Source: Sarea resinae (lineage: Eukaryota). From it: a stretch of 64,000 nt of DNA. This document shows, one piece after another, positions 37,654-50,815 of the stretch. The position numbers were made by a program, and so were the translations under genes. The first letter of the stretch is position 1; each line of letters opens with the position of its first letter. The notes under the pieces are model-generated. The model saw only the letters and a program-made list of their open reading frames with translations. It did no database searches and was not told where the DNA came from. Where the stretch lies: positions 62,001 to 126,000 of the forward strand of contig JAPEUD010000058.1 in assembly GCA_026026165.1 (NCBI GenBank). Direction: 5' to 3'.

Positions 37654-40366
37654 ATGGCCGCGGAGATCAAGAATGATCAATCCGCGACCCTGGGCACGAG
37701 CCATCTGACAGATGCCACGATCAGATCATCATCATCAGCAGCAGCAGCAGCCGCCGCCGCCGCCGCCAAGAACAACAAGCCCAAATCAAAAGGGCGCGAC
37801 CGCGACTCCACCGTTCCCATCAAGCGAAGATGCGTTAGCACCGCTTGTATAGCCTGTCGGAGGAGAAAGTCCAAGGTGGGTGACTCTGTCTGTTGTCTGT
37901 CTCATGCACCCGGTGGTTCTATGGGGAATGAGACTCATATTCCATCGTTGCTTCATAGTGCGACGGCAATACTCCGAGCTGTGCGGCATGCGCCTCCGTC
38001 TACGGTACCGAATGCATCTATGACCCAAACTCGGATCACCGTCGCAAGGGCGTCTACAAGAAGGACATTGACAACCTCAAGACTCGAAACTCGACCCTGC
38101 AAATCTTGGTCCAAGCCATCCTGAACTATCCCGAGCATGAAGTCTTCGACCTCGTCCGACAGATCAGAACGTGCGAGAACTTGGATGGTGTGGCTGAGTC
38201 GATCTTGGCGAAAGAGAACGGGCTGGATGATGAAGACGAGGTGGACCCTTTCGCCGACGGACAGGATGCCTCGCCTTTGGTGCCGACCTTCGAGACACAA
38301 CTATCGGGGAAGATGGGACAGCTGCGACTTGAGGATGGGTCTGTTCGCTTCATCGGTGGAACTTCGAATCTGATATTCCTGGGTTCCGGCTTAGAAGGCG
38401 ACGGGTTCGGATCAGCTATGACGCCGGGGGACCAGTACCAACAACAAGCCAATCCCACGACATCATGGACGGAGGTGACTAAAGACGCAGAGCTGGTCAA
38501 TCATCTGATGACTATGTACTTTACCTGGCATTATACATTTTTCGCCACCTTGTCGAAGAATCTTTTCTATCGGGACTTCAACCTGGGAAAACCTCCCCCG
38601 GAGACTCGGCGCCGAACAGAACACTGTACACCTCTTCTCGTCAATGCGATGCTCGCTCTTGGGTGCCATTTTACGTCCCGTCCCGAAGCCCGATCGAATC
38701 GAGATGATCCTGCCACTGCCGGTGACCATTTCTTCCGGGAGGCCAAGCGGCTGATTTTGGAGAACGATGAGCATGAAAAGCCCAAATTGACAACAGTTCA
38801 AGCTTTTGCGCTGATGTCTGTTCGAGAAGCGGGCTGTGGTCGGGAAGCCAAGGGTTGGGTCTATAGTGGTATGAGCTTTCGAATGGCTTGGGATATCGGC
38901 CTCAATCTTGACTCTGGCCATCTGAAGGCTCGACGAGATCCCGATCTCGATGAGCAGGAAGAGGATGCGCGCAGAGTCACCTTTTGGGGGTGTTTCTTAT
39001 TCGACAAGTATGCTTGTTTATTCGGTAGACTCTGAAACTCCCGCTGATGGTTTAGGTGTTGGTCAAACTACCTTGGAAGACAGCCACAATTGCCCGCCTC
39101 ATCTGTCACCGTCCCTAAATTCGATGTCTTTCCAGAGGAAGAGGCCGAAAGTTGGTCTCCATACAGCGATTCTGGGGTATCTCATGCACACGCCCAACCT
39201 GCGCGGACGCGAACGGTGGCACGGAAGCTGTCAGAACTGTGCGAGATCAGTAGCGATCTGTTACAATTCTTCTATCATCCTTCGCATTTGGAAAAGCCAG
39301 TTGGCAAGCAGAGTGAGCTCAAGAAATTGAGCGAGTTACATACGAGATTGGAGGATTGGAAGAAGACTCTCCCGAAAGAGATGGAGGCGAAGGAGGGAGC
39401 ACTGGCAAATGTGCTCGTCATGCAGTAGGCCATTGCGTGAAGGTATTGCGTGATAAAGACTGACATCGCAACAGCATGTTCTTTCAATTGCTATATATTC
39501 ATCTGTTCAGGCCGTTCTTGAGGTACAATCAATCGACATCTCCTCTGCCTGCCAATGTCTCGCCTCGAAAGCTCTGCACTCATGCGGCAGCGATGATCTC
39601 GAAGCTGCTCCGTCTATACCGGCGTACCTACGGTCTCCGTCAGATCTGCAACATTGCGGTCTACATTGCACATTCGGCCTGCACCATCCATCTGCTCAAC
39701 CTTCCGGAGAAGAACGCAAAACGCGACATTATTCATGGAGTGAAGCACATGGAAGAGATCGCCGAAGGCTGGCTTTGTGCTCGAAGGACCCTCGGAATTT
39801 TAAGCCTTCTTGTGAAACGGTGGAAAGTCGAGCTGCCAGAGGAGGCTGCTGTGATATTGAATCGGCATGATGCCGCGTATGGTCCTTACGACACCAGGGA
39901 TAGTCTATCTCCAAAGTCTGATCGGAGTTCTCCCCCTACCGTACAGAATTTCATCACACGCCCTCCGATGACGTGGTCAGATCCCTCCTTCGATCTACAG
40001 TCCAGCGGGTTCCTGGACGACATTGCCGAAGTTTGCGAGATACCCAATGGGCAGCCACACGCACCAATGGCTCTGCCTCGTCATCTGGAGCTGGGCGTCC
40101 AAGCTCCGTATATTCAACCGCAAAGGTATGATGGACCTCGAGGATCACCAGCTTCGGGCGATCGAATGCCTGCATTCTCGAATGAACAGATTCAGGTGCC
40201 GCAGACGTATCCATTGGACAGCGATCGTCCGCCTCCAGAAGGGAGCAGTCGCTGGTGGTACAACAGCGACCCGAACTCGCTGGCGACCGGTTTCGAGAAC
40301 TGGACCAATGCTGATCTGGATCAATATATGATGGGGGATAACACAACGGGTTTTAATGACTTATAA
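37654..40366 (+). CDS. nirA: Zn(II)2Cys6 nitrate-assimilation transcription factor NirA/NIT4, 4 exons
   Basis: Spliced KRRCVSTACIACRRRKSKCDGNTPSCAACASVYGTECIYDPNSDHRRKGVYKKDIDNLK, plus the fungal TF middle region (MSVREAGCGREAKGWVYSGMSFRMA, YGLRQICNIAVYIAHSACTIHLLNLP). Confidence 0.88.
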
Positions 40367-41265
40367 ACTATAATGACACGACTACGTGGTGTGCGGGATG
40401 AAAGGCTGAGCGTTTTGGGACACTGGCGGGGAGTTCTCGCGCCGGTCGGATAGATCAGTTGCTATTGAACATGTCATGACTTTACGAGTACACGCTGGGA
40501 AAAGGACTAGGAAACATCAAGGGATATCATGTATGAGAAGAGTTAGGCAAATAGGCTGATGGGGGCCAATAACAATGATGCATGGAAAGTGGCGGAGGAT
40601 GATGGGAGAAAGTGGAGTTACCAGCCCGAGTAAGGTAGCTACCTATGACTGACGTAAACGGCGTCTGCTGTCCTCTTGGTCCCCCGCTCTCTCTGCTACG
40701 GCCACCCGATCAGGCGGCCGATGCAGATGCATGACGCGTCCCCCCCGGCCCGATCTGGCTGGATCGAGACAAAGAGAGGGACGATCGTGAAAGCTTAGCA
40801 AAGCTTGTCTCTCGAACGGTCTCGTCGTGTCGCCCTAAGGTATCGCTCTGGCAGGATTCCCACCAATAGGCCGACTTTCAGACCTCAGATGGTCGGCAAA
40901 TCAGCTAGCAAGAGCGGGAGCCAAGCTTCCATGATCCTATAAGCTTCCCGCCTGCGTCCAAATCCTCTGGCTTCACCAGGTTGACCGATTGCCAAGACAC
41001 CTATCGTACCGTCAATGCTATAACTACCTTACCTACTACTACTCCATCTTCCTATCTCCATTCTGGGGATTCCCCATTCGTTCGTCGCATCCGGAATTGG
41101 GACCACCACGCTCGTTTGGAGGTCTTTCTTCGAATGGAGGGACGGGTGTGACCTGCTGTTGACACTGCTACTGATGAGAGTCGACCTATTTTCGTGTCAC
41201 GACGCCTTCACCGGCGGACCAATCACTGCTACCTTCGAGCACGGACTTCCAGAGCTTCCAGAATC

Positions 41266-42126
41266 ATGTCCACCGAAGTAGGGCAACCTGCGTGTGACCT
41301 TTTCTCTGGACAATTCGTGTTGACTGATTCCTGGCAGGACAAAGCCCATTTAGCCCGCATTCGCGATAACCAACGCCGTTCTCGTGCGCGGCGAAAAGAG
41401 TACTTGCAGGAACTTGAGAGCAAATACAGGAAATGCGAGCAGCTTGGCGTCGAAGCCACCGCCGAAATTCAAGCCGCCGCTCGACGAGTCGCCGCTGAGA
41501 ATAAACAGCTCCGGGCTCTTCTGCGAGATCGAGGCATTTCGGATAAAGAACTCGACGATTATTTGGGCCAAGGCCCACAACAGCAGCAACGCTCACACCA
41601 AGGCTGTTCTACCGTCTCTGATCTGGAATCGAAATTGAACACGAGACGAGCGTGTAAGACCAGCGATTTATCTGGTCGCGGATGCCATCCAGGTCCCAAT
41701 CCGATCAGTGCATCGCGAGAGCGACTACCGATGTTGCAACCGGCACAGGAAAAGCCAGCGCTGCAACCCTCCAATACGCAGCCTTATGGTGTATCTCCGT
41801 CTAGTTCATGCAGTACGAGCACGTGCACACCTTCTCAAGGCTATGCGTCCTCTGAGATGATGCCGGAGAGCGCAGAGTCCTCACACGGTTACCAGTCGTC
41901 TGAAGTATGGATGGATCCGTCCATTTTCGGACTTTCGGACGAGCTCGATCAAAACAACACCTCATCATGCACTTATGCGGCCAAGGTCATCCAAGATATG
42001 GGCAATGGAGTGACGGAAGAGCAAGTGGGGGCGGATTTGGGGTGCCCACCGGGCACGAACTGCAAGATTGATAATAGCATGGTGTTCAATATTCTAGATC
42101 GATATTCGGGCCAGCCCTATCTATGA
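41266..42126 (+). CDS. bZIP transcription factor-like protein
   Basis: Basic region ARIRDNQRRSRARRKEYLQELE followed by a zipper, and a C-terminal Cys block (LGCPPGTNCKIDNSMVFNILDRYS). Probable 60-nt intron at 41278-41337. Confidence 0.85.
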   Translation: MSTEVGQPACDLFSGQFVLTDSWQDKAHLARIRDNQRRSRARRKEYLQELESKYRKCEQLGVEATAEIQAAARRVAAENKQLRALLRDRGISDKELDDYLGQGPQQQQRSHQGCSTVSDLESKLNTRRACKTSDLSGRGCHPGPNPISASRERLPMLQPAQEKPALQPSNTQPYGVSPSSSCSTSTCTPSQGYASSEMMPESAESSHGYQSSEVWMDPSIFGLSDELDQNNTSSCTYAAKVIQDMGNGVTEEQVGADLGCPPGTNCKIDNSMVFNILDRYSGQPYL

Positions 42127-42976
42127 CGGTGACTCGCTGGCCTCTCCGACGTCTTTACGCTTCTAGAACTCTTTTCCACTTTCTTTTGTTGAGCGTACTA
42201 GCGTGATTGTTCTTTTGGGTGTTCCAATGGCATTGTGGTGTTCTATGAGGGTTTGAACTATCTTTCGACTGATGTTCGAGCGTGATGTGACGAGGGTCTA
42301 AGGTAGCCACTTCGTTCCGTGGTTCAAAGGACATCAATCAACTAATGCAATAATGTTCGACATCTGTGATCTGATGACTATCAGATCAGATGGATATCCG
42401 AATTGCACACCTGCTTGTAATACCGTGCCTGCATAGTAGACCTGGTCTGGACTGAGATACAGAGTATCCAGCAAAACATTGAGCTCGATCGCCGCGTCTG
42501 CGCAGCCGAGGTTCCCTTCCTTGCTTACTGCGGTAATGGTCCTGTGTTGCGCCGTGGCGGTTGTTGATCGTTGTTTGTAGTCTGGCAGGTAGACTGTACA
42601 TATGTGCCGCTACGAAATGTGTATTCCACAGAGTACCTGTACCGCATACCTGACCCTCGGTACTACGTAGTACACGACTCGCGGAGACGCCTTAGACGCA
42701 AGACTTGACCGACCTACGAGCATGCCGTCGCATAATCCGCATCACCTCCAGACGAGCCGCGCGCGCTGTGGCACAGGGCACAAGAGCAGCATCGACGATC
42801 TACATCCTGTCAATCCCTTCCGATAGTATCCAGATATCGACAGCCAGACCAACGCCTTTGCCTCATATTCACCACAGTGGGCTGGATCCTCGAGTCTACA
42901 CTTGTTCGCGCCTCCGTTGCTTAATCGAGACTGAGACTCGGCTCTGTGGCGTCTCCGGACGTTGTCAGCAGTCAGG

Positions 42977-44711
42977 ATGAGCGATCTGGACAAGTAGGTC
43001 CTTTGTCTTCGGTCCACAATGATGATCCCGCTGATTGCTGGAATCTAGGGCTATCGCACAACTGCGCGCATGTCGACCGATACCAGAATCGCAAGTGCGC
43101 GAGCTGTGCTACAAGGCGCGGGAGCTGCTGATTGAGGAGGGCAATGTGGTCGGTGTCGACGCGCCAGTGACGGTTTGTTCTGCTTCTTTGTTCTTTGGAA
43201 TCATTCTGATGACAGGGGCAGATCTGTGGAGACATACATGGCCAATTCCACGATCTAATGGAGCTGTTTCGAGTCGGCGGCGATGTTCCCGACACGAATT
43301 ACCTGTTCATGGGTGCGTACGCCCTCCATGCTTTGACCGTGGTGTTCCCGCTGACATTCAGACTATCAGGCGACTTTGTCGATCGTGGATTTTACTCGCT
43401 TGAATCGTTTTTGCTGCTTCTGTGCTTGAAAGTTCGATACCCAGACCGCATCACCCTCATCCGCGGAAACCATGAATCTAGGCAGATTACGACGGTCTAC
43501 GGCTTTTATGATGAATGTCTACGGAAATACGGAAGTGCAAACGTGTGGAGGTGAGTTTTGCTTTTCATCGAATATTCCAGTAGCTCACGCATGCTTCAGA
43601 TACTGCTGCGAAGTCTTTGACTACCTCGCTCTCGGCGCTCTGGTCATGGGCGCCTCAAGCAGCATCGAGCCCACGCCCTCGGACAATCTATCCACCGATG
43701 AAGAGATTGAGATCGAAATCCTCAACGCCAGCGGCGATATCATCAATCGAATCCCTCGCAATCGAAGGGGCTATCTAGACGAAAACAAACCCACAACCAA
43801 TTCGTCACCCTTGTCGCCCAAGTCGAGACTACCTGGCCAATCAGGCCCTGCTGGTACGGGTGCGTCGGGAGACAGTGGCGGCTCTAGTGGCTCAGGCGGT
43901 GGCGCTGTGCTATGCGTACATGGTGGTCTGAGTCCGTTGGTTGAGACGGTCGATAAGATTCGTCTTTTGGACCGCAAGCAGGAAGTCCCGCACGAGGGAG
44001 CCATGTGCGATCTGCTCTGGAGCGACCCGGACGGTAAGTTATATGCTCAGCCTGCTCTAGCCTTTAGCTCATCTTTATTCCTCCCTACCCCATACAGCAC
44101 CATAGCATGCTAACGCGTACTCTCCCGCGCCACAGAAATCGAAGGATGGGGACTCTCACCCCGCGGCGCCGGCTTCCTCTTTGGCGCCGACATCGTTAAA
44201 CACTTCAACCACCGAAACAACCTATCGCTTATCGCGCGAGCGCACCAGCTCGTCATGGAGGGCTTCAAAGAGATGTTCGACGCGTCCATCGTGACGGTCT
44301 GGTCGGCGCCCAACTACTGCTATCGCTGTGGCAACGTGGCTGCCATCCTGGAACTCGATGAGGATGCGTCGAACGGCGGGTTCGTGGCGCGCTCGAATGG
44401 CGATTATTCTGGTCTTGTGGGTGGTGGTGGTGGTGGGGGCAGGCCGCTGCCGCTGGCGCCAGGCATGCAGAGACAGGGGCCTGGGAGGAGATATCGGGTC
44501 TTTGATGCGGCACCGCAGGATTCCAGGGGCATGCCTGCCAAGAAACCCGTGGCCGATTACTTCTTGGTGAGTCTTCTTCCGTCTTTGATGTCTACGGGAC
44601 ATGTACATGCAAGATATGAACATGAAGACTTGCTTTCTATTCTTCTGTCTTTCTTTCTCTTCCTATCGCTCCGTACTTGTGTGTGCTAATCCCTGCTTTA
44701 TTTCGCAGTGA
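42977..44711 (+). CDS. PPH3: Ser/Thr protein phosphatase 4 catalytic subunit (PPP family)
   Basis: Spliced [73 protein letters not shown] and C-terminal DYFL. Stop TGA at 44709 follows the last intron. Confidence 0.9.
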
Positions 44712-44910
44712 TCATCTAGTACCCACGATTCATCCATCCATCCATCCATCCATCCCCCTTCTCGCCATCTATTCATCCATTGGCGTTTTCATTCCATCAT
44801 CATCATCGTCATCATTATCGTCATCGTTATCGGCATCGTCGTCATCAAATCCGTCACCATTCTCATACCCAATTCATGAACGCCCCTTCAGGGAACACTA
44901 GCACCACCAC

Positions 44911-44940
44911 CATCATCATCATCATCATCATCATCATCAT
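44911..44940. repeat. (CAT)n microsatellite in a cluster of degenerate SSRs (44730-45085)
   Basis: Directly visible. Confidence 0.9.
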
Positions 44941-45399
44941 TACTATTCTTGTCGTGTCCCTCCCCCTCACCCACGCCCACATCACCAACACCACCAGCCT
45001 TACTATCTTCCCTCTTATCGTCGGGCCAAGGGAAAGCGGGACAGCAGCCCAGAACAGCACAACATAGCACAGCACAGCATCACACACCTAGTCGACCAGC
45101 TGGTCAATCCGTTATTTGTTTGGTGAAAAGGGCCAGCGGGGGCATAGAGCACGTCTTCACAACCCGTTACGAAGTGGGAGGGGGATGTGAAGTTGCGATT
45201 GAAGGACAGGACGGCGTTCTTTGGAGCGTGGGAGTAGGAAGAGGAGTAGAAATAGGAGTAGGAGGGGAAGTAGGAGGGCGTGAAGGGGCTGTGCTATTCT
45301 ATTTCATTGTTTGATAGATTGATATAGGAGTCTTGGTTGTTGTGCGTGATAAGCGTGTTTGCTCTATCGTACGTACGTGTTTTCAACTATGTTGTGTGT

Positions 45400-45770
45400 G
45401 ATGTGTGATGTATGTGTTGTATGTGTTATATGCAGTATATATAATATTATTATTACTAGTCTTACTAGTCTTACTCTTATTATTCTTAATACTATTACTA
45501 TATCTGCAATCATAACTACAATTCTAGCTAGCCAATCAACTAACTAGTTACTTTATAGTTTAGTCTTTCCACTATCTTTTTCTCTGAGTAGGTTTTTACC
45601 ACTTCTACTACTACTATGAATATAAATATTACTATTCTTATTATTATATAAGATCTTTTCTATAAATCTTAACCTAATATATAATTCTAGCTATAAGAAA
45701 TATACATAGGAGAATCAGGTGAGGTAATTATTAGAGTTAGTAGAGTACTAGATCCCTAAGGTATAAGCAG
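45400..45770. repeat. AT-rich, TpA-enriched tract; probable RIP-degraded repeat relic
   Basis: Abrupt GC drop, dense TA/CTAG/TAG, few CpA/TpG dinucleotides, no coding signal. Confidence 0.6.
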
Positions 45771-46117
45771 TATGAGAAGCCCTAACCCTACGAAAATGCT
45801 CAGTTATAGTCAGCAAAGGGTTCTATATCTACATATCTACATGGCAACGCTGGTCCACCAAGCATTTCTTATCAGCATTAGTCTGCAGCACCTCCTAGGC
45901 ACCGGCAACGTGCAGTACTCAAGCTTAATTATCTGTGGCGTTCCGGCCCACTCTACCATAGCTAGTAAGACCAGCAAGCGGTCTGACAATTATGAAATAG
46001 TGCTTCTATTCTCAAGTGTTTAGTCTAGTAGTGGGTAATAGGGTAGCTAGGTATGGATGCTCTGCTTGCCAGCTTCGTCAGCTAGACTATCCTTACCATT
46101 TCATTCATTTTTTCCAG

Positions 46118-46999
46118 CTACTGGCTAGGAGAGACGATCGGAGCGCCGTGAGGATATGGGCAAACGCCTTCCGCGGGACGGCTGTAGCCGCTTTTTCTTC
46201 GAGAAACCCCCTCCGCGATATCAGAGTGATCATGCCAAAGACACCCATTGAGTGATTTATGCATGGTATTGCTGTAGTTTCCGGGTCCCTCTCTCTGCTG
46301 GGAATAACAGAAGCAGCGGTACCCCAGGCTAGGACACGCCTCGAAAACCGACTTCCACATCTGCATGTCTCCTTCGTGTTGTCGATTGGTGAAGCCTAGA
46401 GCGCAGAGATCTTGCAAGGCGTCCACCCCGACTCCCCGGCCAAACAACTTCTTCATCGTCTCGGGCGTGAAAACCCAACGTTTTTCGACCATTTCCGTCC
46501 TCACCTCATCGCAAATCTGGTTCATTAGATGACGGATTTGGTATTTATCGGCGAACAAGGCAAGGAGGATGAGCGAACCACCGTCCTTGTATGGGGGAAG
46601 CCGTGGCTCGAACATGTAGATCCATTTGATAAAGACCTCGAAAACTGCCGTAGAGTCGTCCGGTAGTTTGATGACGCGGTTGCCGGACTGAGATTCCTGG
46701 AATGGTCCCTCACAGATGATTGAGAAAAATTCCGAACATTGGGTCAAGAGTTGATGCGCCAGGTCGTAGGACTTCTGATTCACTTCCTCTCCGACGATGA
46801 CAGTGACCCGCTCGCTCTGAACGGCACTGCCGCTCTTGTTAGGTTTATTGGAATTGGCGTTGGAGTTGAGCAGTGCTTACTTGAGGTATCGAATGTGCCG
46901 TAGTTCGCATTGCGGAATCTCGCTGGCCTCCGTTTTGACGCGTTTTGAAGCGTCATCGGCGCCGGTAGCGTCTGACCTTGGGGGCTGTTTCTTGGGCAT
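46118..46999 (-). CDS. BTB/POZ domain protein, 2 exons
   Basis: Exons 46999-46881 and 46827-46118. VTVIVGEE..SYDLAHQLLTQCSEFF...FQESQSGNRVIKLPDDSTAVFEVFIKWIY...LALFADKYQI is the fungal BTB pattern. Confidence 0.88.
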
Positions 47000-48091
47000 G
47001 TTTGTCGAGGTTCAAACGCATTGGGATGAGAGTGGATTAGGATTCATCGATAGACTGAAACAGACGTTGCATAAGGACGAAGAAAGAAAAGCCAAGGAAA
47101 GACTCCCGGCGTCTTGAATAGAAGACAGGCAGGCGATTTGACGAGTGCGGCGACTGTAAGTGGCTGCAATTCAAAATGTAAGTAAGAAGTGAATGGAAGA
47201 AGTGAATGCTATTAGTGTTTGGAGACTGTGAATAGCTGAGCTACATCCGGTTGAGAAGATATAAGCACGGTACGATTAGTTGCTGGTAGAGGACAGTGCC
47301 AGGTGTTTGTTCGATTCCTTCATCTTGCCGATCTGACAGCAGTGTGGAGCTAGAGATGCAGGTGGCTTACAGACTCCGGAGGAACGAACAAGACACACGA
47401 AACAAGTTTTGCCCTCGATGAAGGACTTCAAACAGATGCATCTTAATCACCTCGAACCAAGGGTCGGCGTATGCTATTAATAAGGAAAGCAGACTGTAGG
47501 CTGGGAAATGACCCTTAAACTCGACTGGCCGACTTCACATCAAATGAATAAAGCTGTTAAGATAGAGGCATCGCACTTCACGCTCTTTAGAACGAATGAA
47601 GCTGATGCTGGACAGATCCTAGGTTGTCGATCAGATTGTCGTTGACACGAGATGGGAGATCGCTTCCATAATCAGTGCTAGTGCGATATGGTCCTGGATA
47701 CAGACAATGTTATTCTAACGACGCACGCCACAAAACATCTCTGGCTTATCGAAAGAATTTACTCGAGAGTCGAGATTGGCTGTATTATGGCTGTATTGCG
47801 GCTGAAGGCTACTGCAGGATGCCTCCCTCAGGAATGTTGGCTGCCCAATCAATACAGCAGGTATGCAACTCACTCCTTGCGGCGTCCTGTCGCCAGAGCA
47901 TGCCTGGATTTCATGCATCGACACGCAATCAGCAGAAGCGAACGTGTCTATCGATCAGGCAGCGGTCTTTTGTGTCTGGCCTCGAAGAGTGATCAATTGA
48001 TTGAGGAAGGGTCAAAATGTAGGTTCTACTGTTATTCAGGGTAAACTCGGTGAGGTGATGAGAGGATTGAATATACGCCTGAAATCCCTTG

Positions 48092-50394
48092 ATGGCCAGG
48101 AACCGCTCATCGAAAAAGAAGGAGGCAATGAGGCCGATATGGAACACGGGCGAACAAGAAGCTTTTGCCAATCTGGTTTACAGTCTCTCTTCTAGAACGG
48201 ATACTCCGCGAGCACCGAGAAGGTACCGGCTGAGTTCTTTTGCCGGTAGGATTGACCAGGAGACCAAACCGTCAGACCGGATGCTTCCTCTCGATGTCGA
48301 GCAACAATTGGTCGATGTTGTCGCTTTTCTTGCTGCCTCCTACAGTCGGGCAAGATCGGCAGAAACCGCAGAACGCGTTCTAGCAGTGTCTGCCCAGGAA
48401 CAGAGTGCCCCTCCCGGGCTGGCCATCAAGATTGCTGTGAACGAAAGCTTGCCTGACAATGTGCTCCCCACTTTACAACATTTGATGGCCATACTGAGGC
48501 AAAGAGCTATAGGAGGTATCTTCCACACTAGCCTTTCTATCAAGCGATTCTAGAGCGTTCACTACTATTCGTATGAGCTTTGTGTGTAATCAGAATTGTC
48601 CTATTAATCTGCTCTTTGAGGGCTGACTATATAGCTGTACTTCTCTGACCCTTCTCATGCACAGATATCCGCAGAGATGAATGTATCCGGCTCATGTTCC
48701 ATGAGGTGATCGTCTTACATCAGCACATAATCAAAGAGCGTCTAATGCCCAAGAAACCGGGAAGACGTAATTTGATTACGCGCCTTGAGGAAGCTCTTAT
48801 CCATCAGCTGCCCAAGGACCAAGGAGCTTGTTCGGCGCCGTGTCCAAAGGCGAGCATACTTCATGAAGTCAAAGCTCTGCATGACACATTGCAGGAACTG
48901 GAAAAGGCTTCCCCGGCTGAAAAGCTCAATTTTTCAAAGCGTATTATCCTTCAAGCGCATAGCCTGTGTTACACAGACGGAAGTGATACGGCGACGAAGT
49001 TGGAAGCTTTGATGCAACGCACCGGAATCAAAGCTGGTACCGAAGACGCTAAACTTTTGAGAAAAGTCGCCGGCCTCGGCCGGTACTGGGCATCATGCAT
49101 AATTTTAGAAAAGGATGCCAGAAAGTACGCTCGGCTGTTTCTCACAACAACGGTCGAGCGGTTGGTATCAAGCAACACCTGGTCATATCGAGGAAAAACC
49201 CACCGTGTTCACGCGGAAATACAGCTGGTGCTTCACCATGATTCTCTACCAAAGCATTTGAGGCCCAGAGCTATCGGTACCAGCAAGAAGGCTTGCTATC
49301 TGTGTGATCTGTTTATCACCACCCATGGGGGCGCGATCGTGAGTAAGACGCATGGAAAGCTTTATCCTCAATGGACTCTACCGAACATTGGGACTTGGCC
49401 GGCAGAGTCTGTCGATAGGGTTCGGGAGACGCTGATGAAGATGCGAGAGACATTACAAGCAGAGATCAGAAAGCCTAAATCATCACGCACCCCACTAGCT
49501 CCTCCCATTGAGAGCTCTGTTGAGGGAAGTGCGATTGCGCTGTCCAACCCGTCTGTGGCTACAATCACGTCTGCACTGTATCGCAATGACCTTGTTTCAT
49601 CTGAGCCATTTGATGCAAAAGCATCTACGCAAGTCCTAACGAGAAAGAGTCAAGGCCAGCTGAGCGAGATCTCATTTGGATTTACTTCTCAGCGGCGTTC
49701 AGAAATGATCAGTGAGGCTTCTATTGCTGATCTGCCTAGCTCTGTGATGACTACTACACCTATTTCGCCACTGTCCACACGGACACAGTTGCCAATGATC
49801 CCGAACAATACCGACGATACAAGTTCCAATGACCTGATATCAAGTAAGATGACAGAGGGTTTGGACTCAAGTGTCTACGAGTCGCCTTCTTCGAATGTGT
49901 CAAGGTGCCTTTCGATGCATCGCTCAACGAAATCTGTTGAGAATCGCCAACCAGAATATGATTGCAAGAAAAGTTCCTGCTCGATAATTCTCAACGAAAG
50001 TCTGAAGCAGTACACGAAATTATCTTCCTCGCCTTTGGTTTTCCGGGCCGGAAGCATCGAAGCCAGTGTTTCTTTAGAAGGTCAGGCCAGTCATTTTAAT
50101 GTAAACTGCAAAGGCTGAAATTCATGGTCTATAGCAAATGACATGGACCACTTAGGTCAATCAGGACCGTCTTGGAGATCAACATCGCCTCCCTCACGCA
50201 GGACTATGGAGGTAGTGCATCTGACTCCGGCAATAGATGAAGTCTCGAATTTTGATAATATCGTTGAACTCTCCAGCCTAGTCGCCGGACGTGACTATCC
50301 GCTCCAAATTACTTATGGAGATGACAGATCGCGGTCGCTAGTATTTTATCTGCTCAATGGGAAGGATATGTTGGAGTTTGTGTGCTGTTTTTGA
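48092..50394 (+). CDS. OTT_1508-like nucleic acid/nucleotide deaminase domain protein, 3 exons
   Basis: Exons 48092-48515, 48665-50080 and 50135-50394 join in phase 1. Zinc deaminase signature VHAEIQLV...AIGTSKKACYLCDLF...KTHGKLYPQWTLP. Confidence 0.85.
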
Positions 50395-50815
50395 GCCGTG
50401 GGTGGACCAGACAGTATGTCTGACCTATTGTGGGTGTTGTAGTGGATAGACCAGTCACCAAAGAAGTCGCTCGAGCAGGATTCTCTATCTCGCAGCCGCC
50501 AGACGCACAACTTCCTGTGCCATAGTTGCTGAAGACGTCTCGGATAAACATAATGTAATTCGAGAGATGATCGGCTTTTGTGACTTGATATTGTTCCAGG
50601 TTGCACAGATACCAGGCACAATGTGATATGCACGAGATTGACCATTATCATTATTGAGGTCGATTGCCCATATTGTCTAGAGAGATAGGTACTCCGTACT
50701 TCGTATGTATTTGATTCGTGACTCCGCCAAGGTCTACTCGGCTACTCCGCACAACTCCGTCTCCATCTCCATCTCAACCTCCACCGCTCTTTGCTCTTCC
50801 TTCACTGTGCTCCAC

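Noticed and set aside
40440..40510. tRNA-like start (GCCGGTCGGATAGATCAGTTG)
   Set aside because: No TTCGA T-loop or acceptor stem can be formed.
43650..43905. Large S/G/P-rich insertion in the PP4 catalytic domain
   Set aside because: Loop insertions at this position are, to my knowledge, typical of filamentous ascomycete PP4, so not novel.
47340..48044. Short ORFs between BTB and deaminase as a possible immunity gene
   Set aside because: No coherent spliced frame or motif; cannot be supported from sequence alone.
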